This document shows, piece after piece, positions 19,482 through 30,341 of a stretch of 44,196 nucleotides of DNA. The stretch covers positions 1-44,196 of the forward strand of contig JBGAIN010000057.1 of the NCBI GenBank assembly GCA_044225505.1. The letters are read 5' to 3'. Within the stretch, counting starts at the first letter, position 1, and every line of letters begins with the position of its first letter. The translations under genes were made by a program, and so were the position numbers. Below the pieces are notes generated by a model. The model was not told the DNA's origin and did not search any database. It saw only the letters and a program-made list of their open reading frames with translations. The stretch comes from Limisphaerales bacterium. GTDB lineage: Bacteria; Verrucomicrobiota; Verrucomicrobiia; Limisphaerales; SIBE01.

Positions 19482-19597
19482 ATACGGAGGGAGTGTGCCC
19501 CTTTCCCATTGCAGGGCTGATGAATAGGTCGGAATGCCGCATGAACCCGCTTTCTCCGGCAAGGTTCGCTGCAGTGGGCGATCTAACGGTGTCCCCT

Positions 19598-20458
19598 CTA
19601 AACGTAGAGCGCCGTCTTCAAATCATGGACTAGCACGCTGGTAATCGGATACCGCTTGTCCGCGTCGCGCTCCAAACACTTCAATATGAGCTTTTCCAAG
19701 GGGTAGGGAATGTCGGGATTTAACTCCCGCGGCGTCGAAAAATCCGTGCCGCGATCGAGTTGCTTGCGCAGAATGTCATCCGGAGTTTCCCCGCCAAACG
19801 GTTTCTTTCCCGTCAACATTTCGTAGGCGGTAACGCCGTAGGCGAAGATGTCGACCCGATGGTCGATAGGCTGCCGAAGCAGTTGCTCTGGCGCCATATA
19901 GGCTGGCGTTCCGGGGTTATCGGGCGTCTTCTGCGGCTTCTCCGGGATGGGCTGGGAGAGATCGAAATCGACCAACCGAACGCTGGCATTGCGACTGACC
20001 AGGACATTTTCCGGTTTGAAATCCAGATGCATGAAGCCGCTGTCATGGACATGTTCCAGGCCGACGGCCATATCGATGAGGATGTTGCCCACGTTTTCCA
20101 CCAGGACAGGATCGTTGCGCGCGAAAAGCAACTTGAGATTGGAGGCTTCCACATACTCCATCGCCAAGTAAAGCGAGCCATTGAGCTTTCCATGTTCGAC
20201 ATAGCCGATCACGTTCTCATGGTCATGAATTCGCGAGAGGATCTCGCAGCCCCGCACGAACCGTTTCTTGGCAGTGAAGCTGAAGAAGGAGTTGTCCCGG
20301 AGGCGGCGAATGGCGACCGGCTCGTTCTGCGGGTTGGTGGCATACCAGATATCCGCCATTCCACCGCTGTTGATCAACTCCTGAAGGTAATAGTGTCCAA
20401 AGGGTTGAGGTCCTGGGGGGGGATCCAGGTTCGGGCCGTTATCCTCGAACGACGACAT
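19598..20458 (-). CDS. Stand-alone Hanks-type Ser/Thr protein kinase domain, atypical
   Basis: NSGGMA, VAIRR, YLAMEYV, HLDFKPEN, DFD, GTPAYMAPE, DIFAYG, KCL..D...RY. No TM helix or sensor domain. Confidence 0.9.
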   Translation of the reverse strand: MSSFEDNGPNLDPPPGPQPFGHYYLQELINSGGMADIWYATNPQNEPVAIRRLRDNSFFSFTAKKRFVRGCEILSRIHDHENVIGYVEHGKLNGSLYLAMEYVEASNLKLLFARNDPVLVENVGNILIDMAVGLEHVHDSGFMHLDFKPENVLVSRNASVRLVDFDLSQPIPEKPQKTPDNPGTPAYMAPEQLLRQPIDHRVDIFAYGVTAYEMLTGKKPFGGETPDDILRKQLDRGTDFSTPRELNPDIPYPLEKLILKCLERDADKRYPITSVLVHDLKTALYV

Positions 20459-20584
20459 TGCGATTTACTAACGCAACTTTTCCAGTTAGGCAAATCAAGC
20501 CCTCGCCATTGGTTTCACCCCCTTGGCCCGTTGGACCCTCAGGGGTATTGGCGAATACCTCGAATGGATGGTGCAGCGTCGGAG

Positions 20585-21937
20585 CTATAGCGTCCAACCG
20601 GCGCGATACGGTGGATTCACAAATTGGTTGGCTTCCAGTGCGTTCGTAAATTGCATGCGCTCCGCATCCCATTCCAGTTTAGTGCCGGCCAGTTTGATGG
20701 CGATCACGCCGAGCATCGCGAGCTCGGTCAAAGGCCCGCCATAGGCAAAGTCGGAACCGGCTTTGGTGCCGTTCCGGATGGCCTGCAACCAGTCGACCTG
20801 GTGATTCTTGACCCGGGGAATCGTCTTGGCGGGGCGCTTGTAAGCATCCATCTTCGATTGAGGCAAGATGCGCACGCCGCCAGCGCCGTGTGAGCCGTAG
20901 ATGATGGTGCCTTTGTCGCCGATCACCACCGCGCCCGTGCGAACGGGTCGTTCGTCGCTTTCCAACTCCGGCGGTTGCGGAATGTGTTCATTGCCGCTGT
21001 ACCAATGCATGGTCACAGGGCCTCGTTTTCCCTTGGCGGCGAACTGATAGGTGATGTGATCGCCCTTCGGGAATGAGTCACCTTGCGTTTTGAAATCGTA
21101 GTCTTTCACTTGAGCCTCGATGGTTTTGGGGGCGCCTAAATCGAGGGCCCAGAAGACCGGATCTACCACATGGCATGTCCAATCCCCGACTGTGCCGTTG
21201 CCGAACGGAACCCAACTCCGCCAGGAACCCGGAACGTAAGCAGGGTGGTACGGACGGGCTTGGGCGGGGCCGAGCCAAAGATCCCAATTCAGCGATTCGG
21301 GGATCGGGTGAGTTTCTTTTAGAGAAGCCAGCTGGTCGATTCCCGAATTCATCGCTTCGCAGCCGCAATGAATCGTGTGCACGTTGCCAATCGCCCCGTC
21401 CCAGATCCACTCGCAGAAGTCGCGGATGCTATCGAAGGAATGTCCCTGATTGCCAAGCTGAGTGACCACTTTGTGCTCTTTGGCCGCCTTCATGAGCTGG
21501 CGCACTTCCGAAACCGAGTGAGCGAGCGGTTTTTCGCAATAGACGTGTTTGCCCCGGCGGATCGCGGCCATGGCTGCGACGGCGTGGAAATGGTCGGGGG
21601 TCGCAACGATCACCGCGTCGATCCCTTTCTCCATTTCATCGAACATTTTGCGGTAATCCTGGAAAGGCTTGGCGTCGGGGAACTTCTTAAACGTGGGGCC
21701 TGAATACTTTTGATCCACGTCGCACAACGCAACCATGGTATTGCCAGGGGCAATGGCCCCAATATCGTCTGCCCCACGCCCGCCAACACCAATCGCGGCG
21801 ATTTGAAGTTTCTCGCTGGGAGGAGTGGTGCCGCTTCCCGCGATGACGTGGCGGGGAGCGATCGTAAACGCGGCCACCGTCGTTGCGGTCGTTTGCAGAA
21901 ATTGGCGGCGGGTCACAGATGGCTTCGGATGATTCAT
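20585..21937 (-). CDS. Gfo/Idh/MocA oxidoreductase with a Tat signal
   Basis: TRRQFL, IGVGGRG, ATPDHFH, YCEKPL, WDLWLGPA. Confidence 0.93.
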   Translation of the reverse strand: MNHPKPSVTRRQFLQTTATTVAAFTIAPRHVIAGSGTTPPSEKLQIAAIGVGGRGADDIGAIAPGNTMVALCDVDQKYSGPTFKKFPDAKPFQDYRKMFDEMEKGIDAVIVATPDHFHAVAAMAAIRRGKHVYCEKPLAHSVSEVRQLMKAAKEHKVVTQLGNQGHSFDSIRDFCEWIWDGAIGNVHTIHCGCEAMNSGIDQLASLKETHPIPESLNWDLWLGPAQARPYHPAYVPGSWRSWVPFGNGTVGDWTCHVVDPVFWALDLGAPKTIEAQVKDYDFKTQGDSFPKGDHITYQFAAKGKRGPVTMHWYSGNEHIPQPPELESDERPVRTGAVVIGDKGTIIYGSHGAGGVRILPQSKMDAYKRPAKTIPRVKNHQVDWLQAIRNGTKAGSDFAYGGPLTELAMLGVIAIKLAGTKLEWDAERMQFTNALEANQFVNPPYRAGWTL

Positions 21938-22280
21938 ACGCATTAAATTATGGGCTGCCAACCGATGGCAACAAGCAGGGCCGTGACCCTGGTTCTTGCT
22001 TCAGCGGAATTGCGTGGAGATTAGTAGATCTATCCCAAAGGTCAATGACTTCACTTGCCGTCCGAGGCGACTTGGGGGGAATGCTTCACTTCGAGGTGAG
22101 GCGAGGGGCTTGAGTCCACTCGCGGCGTTCGATGCAACCAGGCCCCGAGCCTACAGAACGCTTCGGCCCGTTGCGACGCTGTTGGAAGCCCTGCAAATGG
22201 GCTTGCGAGCGTCTGGGGAACGAGCTTGAATTCTCCGTTGAGCTGGGATTGAATCGCCGAAACCCGTAGCTGAAATTACT

Positions 22281-23471
22281 ATGTCGCCGCACTCCGCCTG
22301 TAATCGACGTCATTTTCTTCGTTGGGGAGCCACCGTTGCCGCCACCGTTCCGTTCGCTCTGAAGGCGCACTTGCAAGCGGCCGAATCGGCTGCAAACGAG
22401 AGCGCGGCGTCCTCCGGGCGGCGCCGGACCGATTCCAATGTGGCGATCGTTTCGTGCCGAGGCTACGGGCCGGAAGTGCGGACGGCTTTCTCCCAATCGT
22501 TCGACCTTTTGGGAGGCATCGGGTCGTTGGTTAAGAACAAGACCGTGACGATCAAGCTCAACCTGACCGGAACGAACTTTGCCTCGTTCCTCGGACGCCC
22601 GGTGGGCGAGACCTATATGACCCATTATGCGACGGCTCACGCGCTGGCGTCACTGCTCTTCGCGGAAGGAGCCAAACGCGTTAGATTTGTGGAGTCGACC
22701 CAGAGCAAAGCGAGTCTGGAAACAACACTCGATTTTGCCGATTGGGATGTGAATGCGCTGAAAGGGTTGGGGAAGGTCGAGTTCGAAAATACCCGAAATC
22801 TGGGGAGTGGCAAAAAGTACAGTCACCTGCGCGTCCCGGCGGCCGGATACATGTTTTCCGCGTTTGATTTGAACCGCGCCTACGAAGATACGGACGTGAT
22901 GGTTTCTCTGGCCAAGCTGAAAAATCACGTGACGGCCGGTGTGACCCTTTCCATGAAGAACCTGTTTGGGATCACTCCTAACTCGCTGTATGGTGACGAA
23001 GCTGGAAACGAAGACGCCACCGCGGGGCGTGGCCCCCTCCACAATCCGATGGGGTTCGAAAAGATCAAATTGCCCGGCTTCAAATCGGAGATCACCGCGA
23101 CGGATCCGACCGTGCGCGTGCCTCGGATCGTGACCGACATCTGTTCGGCGCGTCCGATTCATTTGGCCGTGATTGACGGAATTACGTCGATGAGTGGCGG
23201 CGAGGGACCGTGGTGCGAAAATGCGAACCCGCTCAAGTTCACGTCGCCTGGGGTGCTGATCGTCGGCCTGAATCCGGTCGCGACGGACGCGGTGGGAACG
23301 GCCGTGATGGGTTATGATAATCCGCGTGCCGTGCGTGGGGTGAAGCCCTTTGGATTCTGTGATAACCACTTGTTACTCGCGGAACAGGCAGGCTTGGGAA
23401 CCGCTGAGTTGAACCAGATCGACGTCCGCGGGCTAACCATTGCCAAGGCGCGCTATCCCTACAATGTTTAG
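22281..23471 (+). CDS. DUF362-domain protein with a Tat signal
   Basis: NRRHFL; VTIKLNL, SLAKLKNH..AGVTLSMKNLFG, VIDGI...GGEGP, NPVATDAV. Confidence 0.88.
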   Translation: MSPHSACNRRHFLRWGATVAATVPFALKAHLQAAESAANESAASSGRRRTDSNVAIVSCRGYGPEVRTAFSQSFDLLGGIGSLVKNKTVTIKLNLTGTNFASFLGRPVGETYMTHYATAHALASLLFAEGAKRVRFVESTQSKASLETTLDFADWDVNALKGLGKVEFENTRNLGSGKKYSHLRVPAAGYMFSAFDLNRAYEDTDVMVSLAKLKNHVTAGVTLSMKNLFGITPNSLYGDEAGNEDATAGRGPLHNPMGFEKIKLPGFKSEITATDPTVRVPRIVTDICSARPIHLAVIDGITSMSGGEGPWCENANPLKFTSPGVLIVGLNPVATDAVGTAVMGYDNPRAVRGVKPFGFCDNHLLLAEQAGLGTAELNQIDVRGLTIAKARYPYNV

Positions 23472-23559
23472 CGGACCGAGTGCGCCGCCACGCTGACTCA
23501 GGGCGCTAAGAATTCGGCCTCCGGTTGGTGTCGCGAATGGCAGGATTCGGTGCACCTGT

Positions 23560-23587
23560 CGTCCGCAATTTGCGGACGCGCCTGTCT
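23560..23587. repeat. Perfect palindrome A (CGTCCGCAATTTGCGGACG) plus CGCCTGTCT tail
   Basis: 9-bp arms. Shares 17 bp with 13051-13067 and 17/18 bp with 30155-30172. Confidence 0.75.
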
Positions 23588-23612
23588 GAGGACCGATCGC
23601 GACTCCGTCAGG

Positions 23613-23643
23613 TTTTGGAGTGCTGTTGCCCGCAACAGCTTTG
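23613..23643 (+). repeat. REP-like hairpin TTTTGGAGT-GCTGTTG-CCCG-CAACAGC-TTT
   Basis: 7-bp stem with a GGAGT head and TTT tail, between convergent genes. Single copy in the window, so the repeat status is inferred. Confidence 0.4.
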
Positions 23644-23740
23644 AGAGGCGCAACAGCAAGCCAAGGAGGCGTCTTAACAGGCCTGGTGGGACCGCTCACG
23701 CCGCCACAGCTGTTCATTGCCTTGGTCATACCTGAAGGAC

Positions 23741-23773
23741 GAAAAGCAGTCGAATCTCTCGCCTAAGAGATTC
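23741..23773 (-). terminator. Possible terminator of the RCC1/Ig gene
   Basis: GAATCTCT/AGAGATTC 8-bp stem 15 nt after the stop, with only a weak U tract. Confidence 0.3.
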
Positions 23774-23788
23774 CATCGGTGAGCTTGG

Positions 23789-26700
23789 TCATTCGCTCCG
23801 GATTCTGTAGAATCGAGCGGACCGTTCTCTGCTGTGCGGATCCATGAACCAGACTCGCTCCGACGACGGATCGTGCACGAGGATCCCTTCGGCAGCCTCC
23901 CAAAAAACCAGGTCCTCAGAAACCTCGATCGTGAACTTTGCGCCGGGCGTCACCGCCAAGAGAAGCTCCACGCCCCGATCCGGACGGAGTTGCATCTCGT
24001 CAGGCTCGAATCGAGCTGGAGAAATGACGACCGGATCGCACTCCAGGTCGTCGCCCGGCCCCGCATAAGGGCGCAGGACCGCGTTTGAGGGTGAAGCGAC
24101 CCCGGCCAGGTCCGCGCTCACCAACGTGAGTGCGACTGGGCTGCGGTCGGTGATGTTCTGAATGAGGGTGGAATCCTGAATCTCGGCGCATTGTCGGAGC
24201 GAACCCGCTGGAATCACCAGGAAACCCTCACGCTTGTTGTTGGAATCGAAAGTCCAGCGATTCCCGGTGCCGTATTCCCACCGCACCCGAACATCACGCG
24301 ACAGCGCGGAGGACAGGCCTGCCGCGATGCGAAAAGTGCCGTCCGGCATCACGCCGAATTCGGTGCGTGCAAGAAAAACCGAGGGCGCCACGCTTAGAGT
24401 GACCGGACGGCTGGAAATGGCGCCGAACGCGTTCTGGACCCGAACGTGGTACGCTCCAGCTTCGGCAAGGGTCAATGGGGAAAGGGTGAAGGAGGCATTG
24501 GTTGCCTTGGCTAGCGATTGACCATTAAAGAACCATTGATAGGCCAGCGGCTCGGAACCGGAAGCAGTGACATGGAAGGTCGCACTCTCGCCCTCAGTCG
24601 CGGACAGGTCGACCGGTTGTTCCCCGAAGATCGGCGCTTGATCGAGTACCGACACCAAAGCGTCTCGGCTGGTGACCGTGCCATACGCATTCCTGGCTGT
24701 TACGGAATAGTTCCCTGAGTTGGCGGTGGTCACTGCCGAGATCTCGAGCAGAGCGTTGGTCTGAGAGGTGAGCTCGCGTCCGTTCCGAAACCATTGAAAT
24801 GTCACGGGAGCTGCGCCGGGCAGGACACTGGCGTCCAGGTGCAAGCGTTGTCCGGTGAATAGACTCTGGCGGCGTGGTTGTCGGCCGAGGTGCGGTTCGC
24901 CTGAGGTTGGAAAAAGTGCGAAGCTGCGGTTTCCAGCGGCCGCGATGGCGATGGCAGGCGGCAGGACTTCTGGCATGGCGGTTTGCTCTGACAGGTTCAG
25001 GCCCCACGCGATGACGCGGCCGTCGTCACGGAGGCCCAGTCGGCCTTGACCAGCGGCGATCGCGATCAGGTTCGTCGCCTCCGGCGGCGGAGACTGGGCG
25101 CCTCGTCCCCATTCGGAGACGGTCCCGTCATCGCGCAAAGCCAGAGAAGGTGTCACCCGCGGCAATGGCGACTACATTGCTCAGTCCTTCGAGTGCGGAG
25201 TTGAAGTCGCGACTGCCCAGCCCACGACCGTCCCGTCGCGAACGAGGCCATGGCCTGTCCAGCCCGCGCGGCGATCCGCACCACGTTGGCCAGCCCGGCC
25301 GGAGGCGACGACACGCTCGCTGAATCCCAAGTGCCCCATTGCGACACCGTGCCGTCGGACCGGAGCGCTAACGCCCAAGTCGAGCCGGCGGCGAGCTGGA
25401 CCACGTTGGTCAACCCATTTGGCACGCGTCCAAGCCCGTAAAAGTCCTGCTCCGGGTGGATCCAAACGAGCACAGAACCATTCGTGCGCAAACCGAGACT
25501 GAACGACTCTCCCGCTACGACCGCGGTCAGATTGGAAAAGCTCGAGGGAATATTCAACTGACCCCCGATCGGATTACCCCAAATCATGGCGTGGCCGTCA
25601 GCGCGCAAGGCGATGGCGTATTCGGAGCTGGCGGACACCGCCACGGTGTTGGTCGCTGATACCGGGACGGAAAGGGCGCCGGAGCCGCGAGGATCCAAGC
25701 CCCACGCGGCCACATTGACCACAGAAAGCCGTACGGGTGCGCTTGTGGCACTGCCGTAGGCATTGGCGACGACGGCAAGGTAATCTCCGGAATCGGCCGC
25801 TGTCAGATGGTCCAGTTCCAACACGGGACCGTGCGGGTTTAGAATCGAGCGGTCCTGAAGCAGCCACTGAAACTCGAAAGGAGGGGCTCCTTTGGCGGAG
25901 GCGGTTAACCGTGCCGAGCCACCGACGTAAGCGACGCCACTTGCCGGTTCCAGTCGGACCTCAGGTGCGGACGGCGGCTCAAAAACGAGGCTCACCACGG
26001 CGACTTGGCTGGTGCGCACGCCGGAGATGTTGGTGACAATGGCATCGTAATCGCCATCATCGAAAAAGGAGAGTTTATCCAGCGCCAGAATTTGGTTCGT
26101 CGCGTTTGGAATCGATTGTCCATAATGACGCCATTGATAAGAGATCGGCTGGGTTCCACTGGCACTGACCGCAAGACGTGCATTCCGGCCTGACGTGGTG
26201 GTGAGACTGAGAGGTTGCTGAAGAATGAGGGGTGGCCCGCCGCCCATCAAAGCGACGCTATGTTGAAATCCGGCGGCGATCGCAATCACGTTCGTAAGGC
26301 CCAGGGGCGCATCAGGCCAAACGGCGCCATCGGCCCGGAGGGCCAGGCGCCGATCGCGGCTGCCGCTGATGGCAACGATGGGCGCTACCCCCGCGGAAGG
26401 TTCGATCCCCACGCCGGCAAGCGTCCCATCGGACCGCAGCGCTAACCCGGGCGCGATGGCGATGATGTCGTCACGACCTTGGTCCGGCACCCTCTGACCT
26501 GTTCCCCACTGCACAACTGTTCCATCGCTGCGCAACACCGCGGATGACTCCCAGCCCGCGGCAATAGCCATGGCATCGTCCAGGTCTGGCGGAACTCGGG
26601 TCTGACCTGCGAAGTTGCCGCCTTTGGCAAGAACGGTGCCATCGGCGCGAAGCGCGAGTGTGTGTGAATAATCGGCCGCTACCGCCACAATATTGCTCCA

Positions 26701-29700
26701 CCCCGTCAAGCCACTGATCTGGCCCCAGGAGTTGTCGCCCCAGCCCACCACGCGGCCGTCGGATTTCAGAGCCACGTTAAAGCCCCCTCCTGCCGCGACT
26801 GATACCACATGGTTCAAGCTGGCGGGGGGCTGAAGCGCGCCGCCCGGATGCATCCCTCCCTCCAGAGGGGTATTTCCCCATACCATGACGGTCCCGTCGG
26901 CCCGAAGTCCCACGGTGTGGAACATACCCGCAGAGATTGCGGCCAGGTTGGTTGCGGACGGCGGCGTCTCCAGTTGCCGGTCGTCATTGGCCCCCCACAC
27001 AGCAACCTGAACTACCGTCAGCCGCACGGGGGCGCTGGTCGAGCTCCCGAAGGCGTTAGCTGCCACCACTTGGTAATCTCCCGCATGATCGAACTGGACC
27101 GGTTCCAGCCGCACGGTGGGCTCGCGCGAATCGAGGATGGGCGCGCCGTCGCGGAACCAACGATACGCGAAGGGACCCGTGCCTTCGGCGTGGACCGAGA
27201 GGAGAGCACTGCCGCCGAGGACAGCGGCGCCGGTGGCCGGCTCGATCTGCGCTGTGACGTGGAACGGTGCGCTGCGCTCGACGGAGATGTGGGCCGGCTG
27301 GCTCATCACCGTGCCGTGCTCATTGGACACGACCACGTCGTAGGTGCCTTCGTCGAAAAACGACAAGTCATCAAGTGCGAGCACGGAATTCGTTGCTCCA
27401 ACCAGGATCAAACCGTCGACTCGCCATTGATATCGCAGGGGCGGCGCCCCAAAAGCGTTCGCCACCAGGCGGGCATTGCCGCCGATCAAGCCCGCAACAT
27501 CCAGCGGCTCTTGGAAAAGGCGAGGCGGACCTTCATCCACCAACGCCATGCTGTGGGTGTAACCGGCAGAAATGGCCGCCACCCCATGCAGATCTGGCGG
27601 GATACTTGCTTGCCCTTGACCGTCAGCGCCCCATCCGACCACCTGTCCATTGGCGCGGAGCGCGAGGACACTATCACCCCCATTGGAAACAGCGATGAAA
27701 TCGTGCACATCGGCCGGTTGGGGCAGCAGATTAGCGTCGTAAATGGTCCCCCACTGCACAATGGAGCCGTCAGCCAATATCGCTTGGGCGTTCGATCGTC
27801 CCAGCGTGATTGCCACCGCGTTCGTCAGGTCGGAAGGCGGCGGAGGCAGCAAGATGTCGCGACTAAAGCTTGCTACTGTGCCGTCGCTGCGTAGGGCCAA
27901 ACCGCCCCATTGGCTCAAAGCGACGGCGTCATCCAGACTGGTGGTGAGGCGCCGCGCGCTTTCATTGTCTCCAAAGACGAGCACAGCTCCGTCGTTGCGC
28001 AGGGCGAACAGCGAGTTCCCCGTCAGCGCGATCGACACAATATTGCTTAACCCCGGTGGCACGTTGAGCGCCGCATAGTTCCAGCCCCAACCCTGGATTC
28101 GGCCGTCTGCCTTTAGCACCGCGATCACACCACCGCCCGACGCCACCGCTACTACGTTTCTCAAATCCGGAGGCGCGTTCAATGCGGGATAGTCTTCAGC
28201 CAAGCCCCAGACTAGCACCGTCCCATCACCCCGAAGCGCGGTAATGTCCGTTCCAGACGAAGTGACGGCTACCAGATTGGTCGCGGCAGGCGGAATCCCG
28301 TGTGCTCGGATAATACTATTTCCCCAGAGGACAAGTTGGGAGACGTTCAGCGTGATCGGGGCGCTCGCGGCCGAGCCGACGGTGTTGCTCACCACCACGG
28401 CGTATCTCCCGCGATCTTCAAACCGCAGCTTCGTGATGGAAAAGGTGCTATTGGTCGCGCCTTGGATCGGAACGCCTTCAAACTGCCATTGGTAGCGCAG
28501 GGGTTGCGATCCCGTCACTTCGACATGGAAGGTAGCCGTTCCGCCGAGGTACGGCGTGTGGGAGGCCGGCTCTACGCTGATGCGCCGGATAACCGGAGCG
28601 CTCTCCAGAATCCGGACCTGGGCCACACGGCTTAATGTTTGGCCGTGGGCATTGCTCACGGAAAGTTGATACGCGCCGCTATCACTGAGCTCGGCTCCTT
28701 CGAGACGCAGAAGAGCGTTGGTCGCCCCCGGGATAGGAAGGCCGTTTCTCGACCATTGGAGGGCTAAGGGTCGTTTGCCCCCGATCTTTGACACAAGCCG
28801 TATTTTTTCCCCGGAATAACCCGTGGTATCGGCTGGTTCGTTCGCAACGACCGGCGAACCGTCGCCCGTCACGACCATGAACCCGCGAGCATCAACGGGC
28901 GATACAAAGACGACATTGGTAAAGCCCAAATCGGTGCCTTTGTCATCGAACAGGCGGCCGTCCTGCGTCACCGCCAGGATCCGGTTCGGGCCCGCGGCGA
29001 TATCCACAATCCCGAGCTGGCCCTGAAAAGGATAAAAAGTCCCACCGGGCCGATAGTTGGCGTCTTGCCCGGGGCCCCAGCCCAGAACCGTGCCATCAGC
29101 GCGAAGGGCAAAGTTTTCCTGTAATCCCGCCGCGATAGCGATCACGTTTGTCGCCTCTGGCGGGACGCGATCGGCGGCGGTGGAGCGCGAACCCCAAGCG
29201 ATCACCGAACCATCCGCCCTCAGGGCCAAGCTGCTGTTGTAGGTCCAGGACGCTGAAATAGCGACGACATCCGACAAGCTTGCAGGGACCAGAAGAGGTC
29301 CAGTGACACTGCTATCACTCCACGACGCCACGGTGCCATCGGAACGGAGCGCCAGGGTGACATCGCCTCCCACGGCCAGCGCGACCACGTTGTTAAGACC
29401 GGCGGGCGCTGGGCGCCGGTATGTTCCCCAAGTCACCACCTTACCATCGGCTGCCAGGGCGCCAGCGGCATTCCCCAGGGCAGCAATGGCTACCGCGTTG
29501 GTCAGACCGAGCGGGATGAGAAAATGGGTTGAGCCCTCCTTCTGTTCAAGCAGCGCCACCTGACCGTTCGGCTGGAGCGCGAGGATGCCTTGCTCGCCGA
29601 TCACCGCCGACACGTAGTCATTGCCATCTGCCCATTCCCCCTGCGGACCCCCGGCGCGAAACACCGTTCCGCCTTGGACAACTGCGGACGCTAGCACCTT

Positions 29701-29814
29701 ACCGATCAACCCAAGGAACAGCAGCATGATTGGCGTTCGAACCCGGATGACTCGCTTGGCGAACAAAGTCTCTGGTGCACACCACACGCCCTCGCCGTCC
29801 TTTGATACTTTCAT
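23789..29814 (-). CDS. About 2000-aa secreted/surface protein: (RCC1-like propeller - Ig - Ig) x4, then a possible Calx-beta-like domain and a C-terminal 'S.DL..W...RFYR' domain; split in this assembly by three small deletions
   Basis: Repeated VAIAAG..HSLALR.DGTV..WG and PL.YQW..NG..I.GATN..L......D.G.Y.V.VSN..G units. The 1553-aa and 458-aa ORFs join once single bases are restored at about 25246 and 25217 and two bases at about 25145. Confidence 0.9.
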
Positions 29815-30059
29815 TCAGCAGCCCTGGGATAACTGGAAACAGCGACGAGCCTAATGTTGCTCTATCAAAAACACAACGAAGTAACTGGGGACGAACGGAA
29901 TCCACACCGAGGTAGTCGAGTAGGGAGCGGATTACCACGTAAGCCTCCGCGCTGGCGTCCTTTGCGCAACTCACGTCCCGGCCGAGTACGCTCAGAATCC
30001 CTGTGCCGATACGGCAATAGGATCGTAAGAGACGGTGTTTTGGGTTCGTCCAGGCAACT

Positions 30060-30192
30060 CGGTGACAATTGTCACCGGCGGCTCAGGAGTTTGGGAACGG
30101 ACCGTTCCCAAAACAGGCGCCAAGCGACGGATTTGTTGCCCATGCGGTTCACAATTGCGGACGCGACTGTCTCGATCGGCGGAATTGTCGCA
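30060..30192. promoter_or_regulatory. Cluster of palindromes between divergent genes
   Basis: CGGTGACAATTGTCACCG (30060-30077, perfect), TTTGGGAACGGACCGTTCCCAAA (30090-30112, perfect arms), GTTCACAATTGCGGAC (30147-30162), and weaker ones near 30132 and 30185. Confidence 0.65.
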
Positions 30193-30279
30193 ACGCAGAG
30201 TGAACATGTTCAGCAGAATGAGTGCCGAATTCTGGAGTCCAAGGTGGTTGCAGCATGGCTTTGGCGACTTCGGAAGAAC

Positions 30280-30294
30280 TGGCACCCTATTTGG
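30280..30294 (+). promoter_or_regulatory. Possible sigma54 -24/-12 promoter
   Basis: TGGCAC-CCTAT-TTGG versus consensus TGGCAC-N5-TTGC; the conserved -12 C is a G. About 50 bp upstream of the prepilin-like gene. Confidence 0.35.
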
Positions 30295-30341
30295 TCTCCT
30301 TGATTTAGCGCAGGTCCAGAAGGATTGTATCCTCAAGTTGT

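Noticed and set aside
25140..25250. Programmed frameshift or phase variation in the RCC1/Ig gene
   Set aside because: Three separate deletions in very short runs, with no slippery heptamer or long repeat tract; sequencing error is simpler.
29815..30059. Riboswitch upstream of the surface-protein gene
   Set aside because: I could not find c-di-GMP, TPP, cobalamin or SAM consensus elements by eye; an Rfam scan would be needed.
30062..30075. matS-like site (GTGACAATTGTCAC)
   Set aside because: matS has a 3-bp spacer and this has 4; MatP is known from Gammaproteobacteria.
30092..30110. LacI-family operator
   Set aside because: The arms resemble TGGGAACG/CGTTCCCA, but a 3-bp insert removes the central CG step that LacI-family binding uses.
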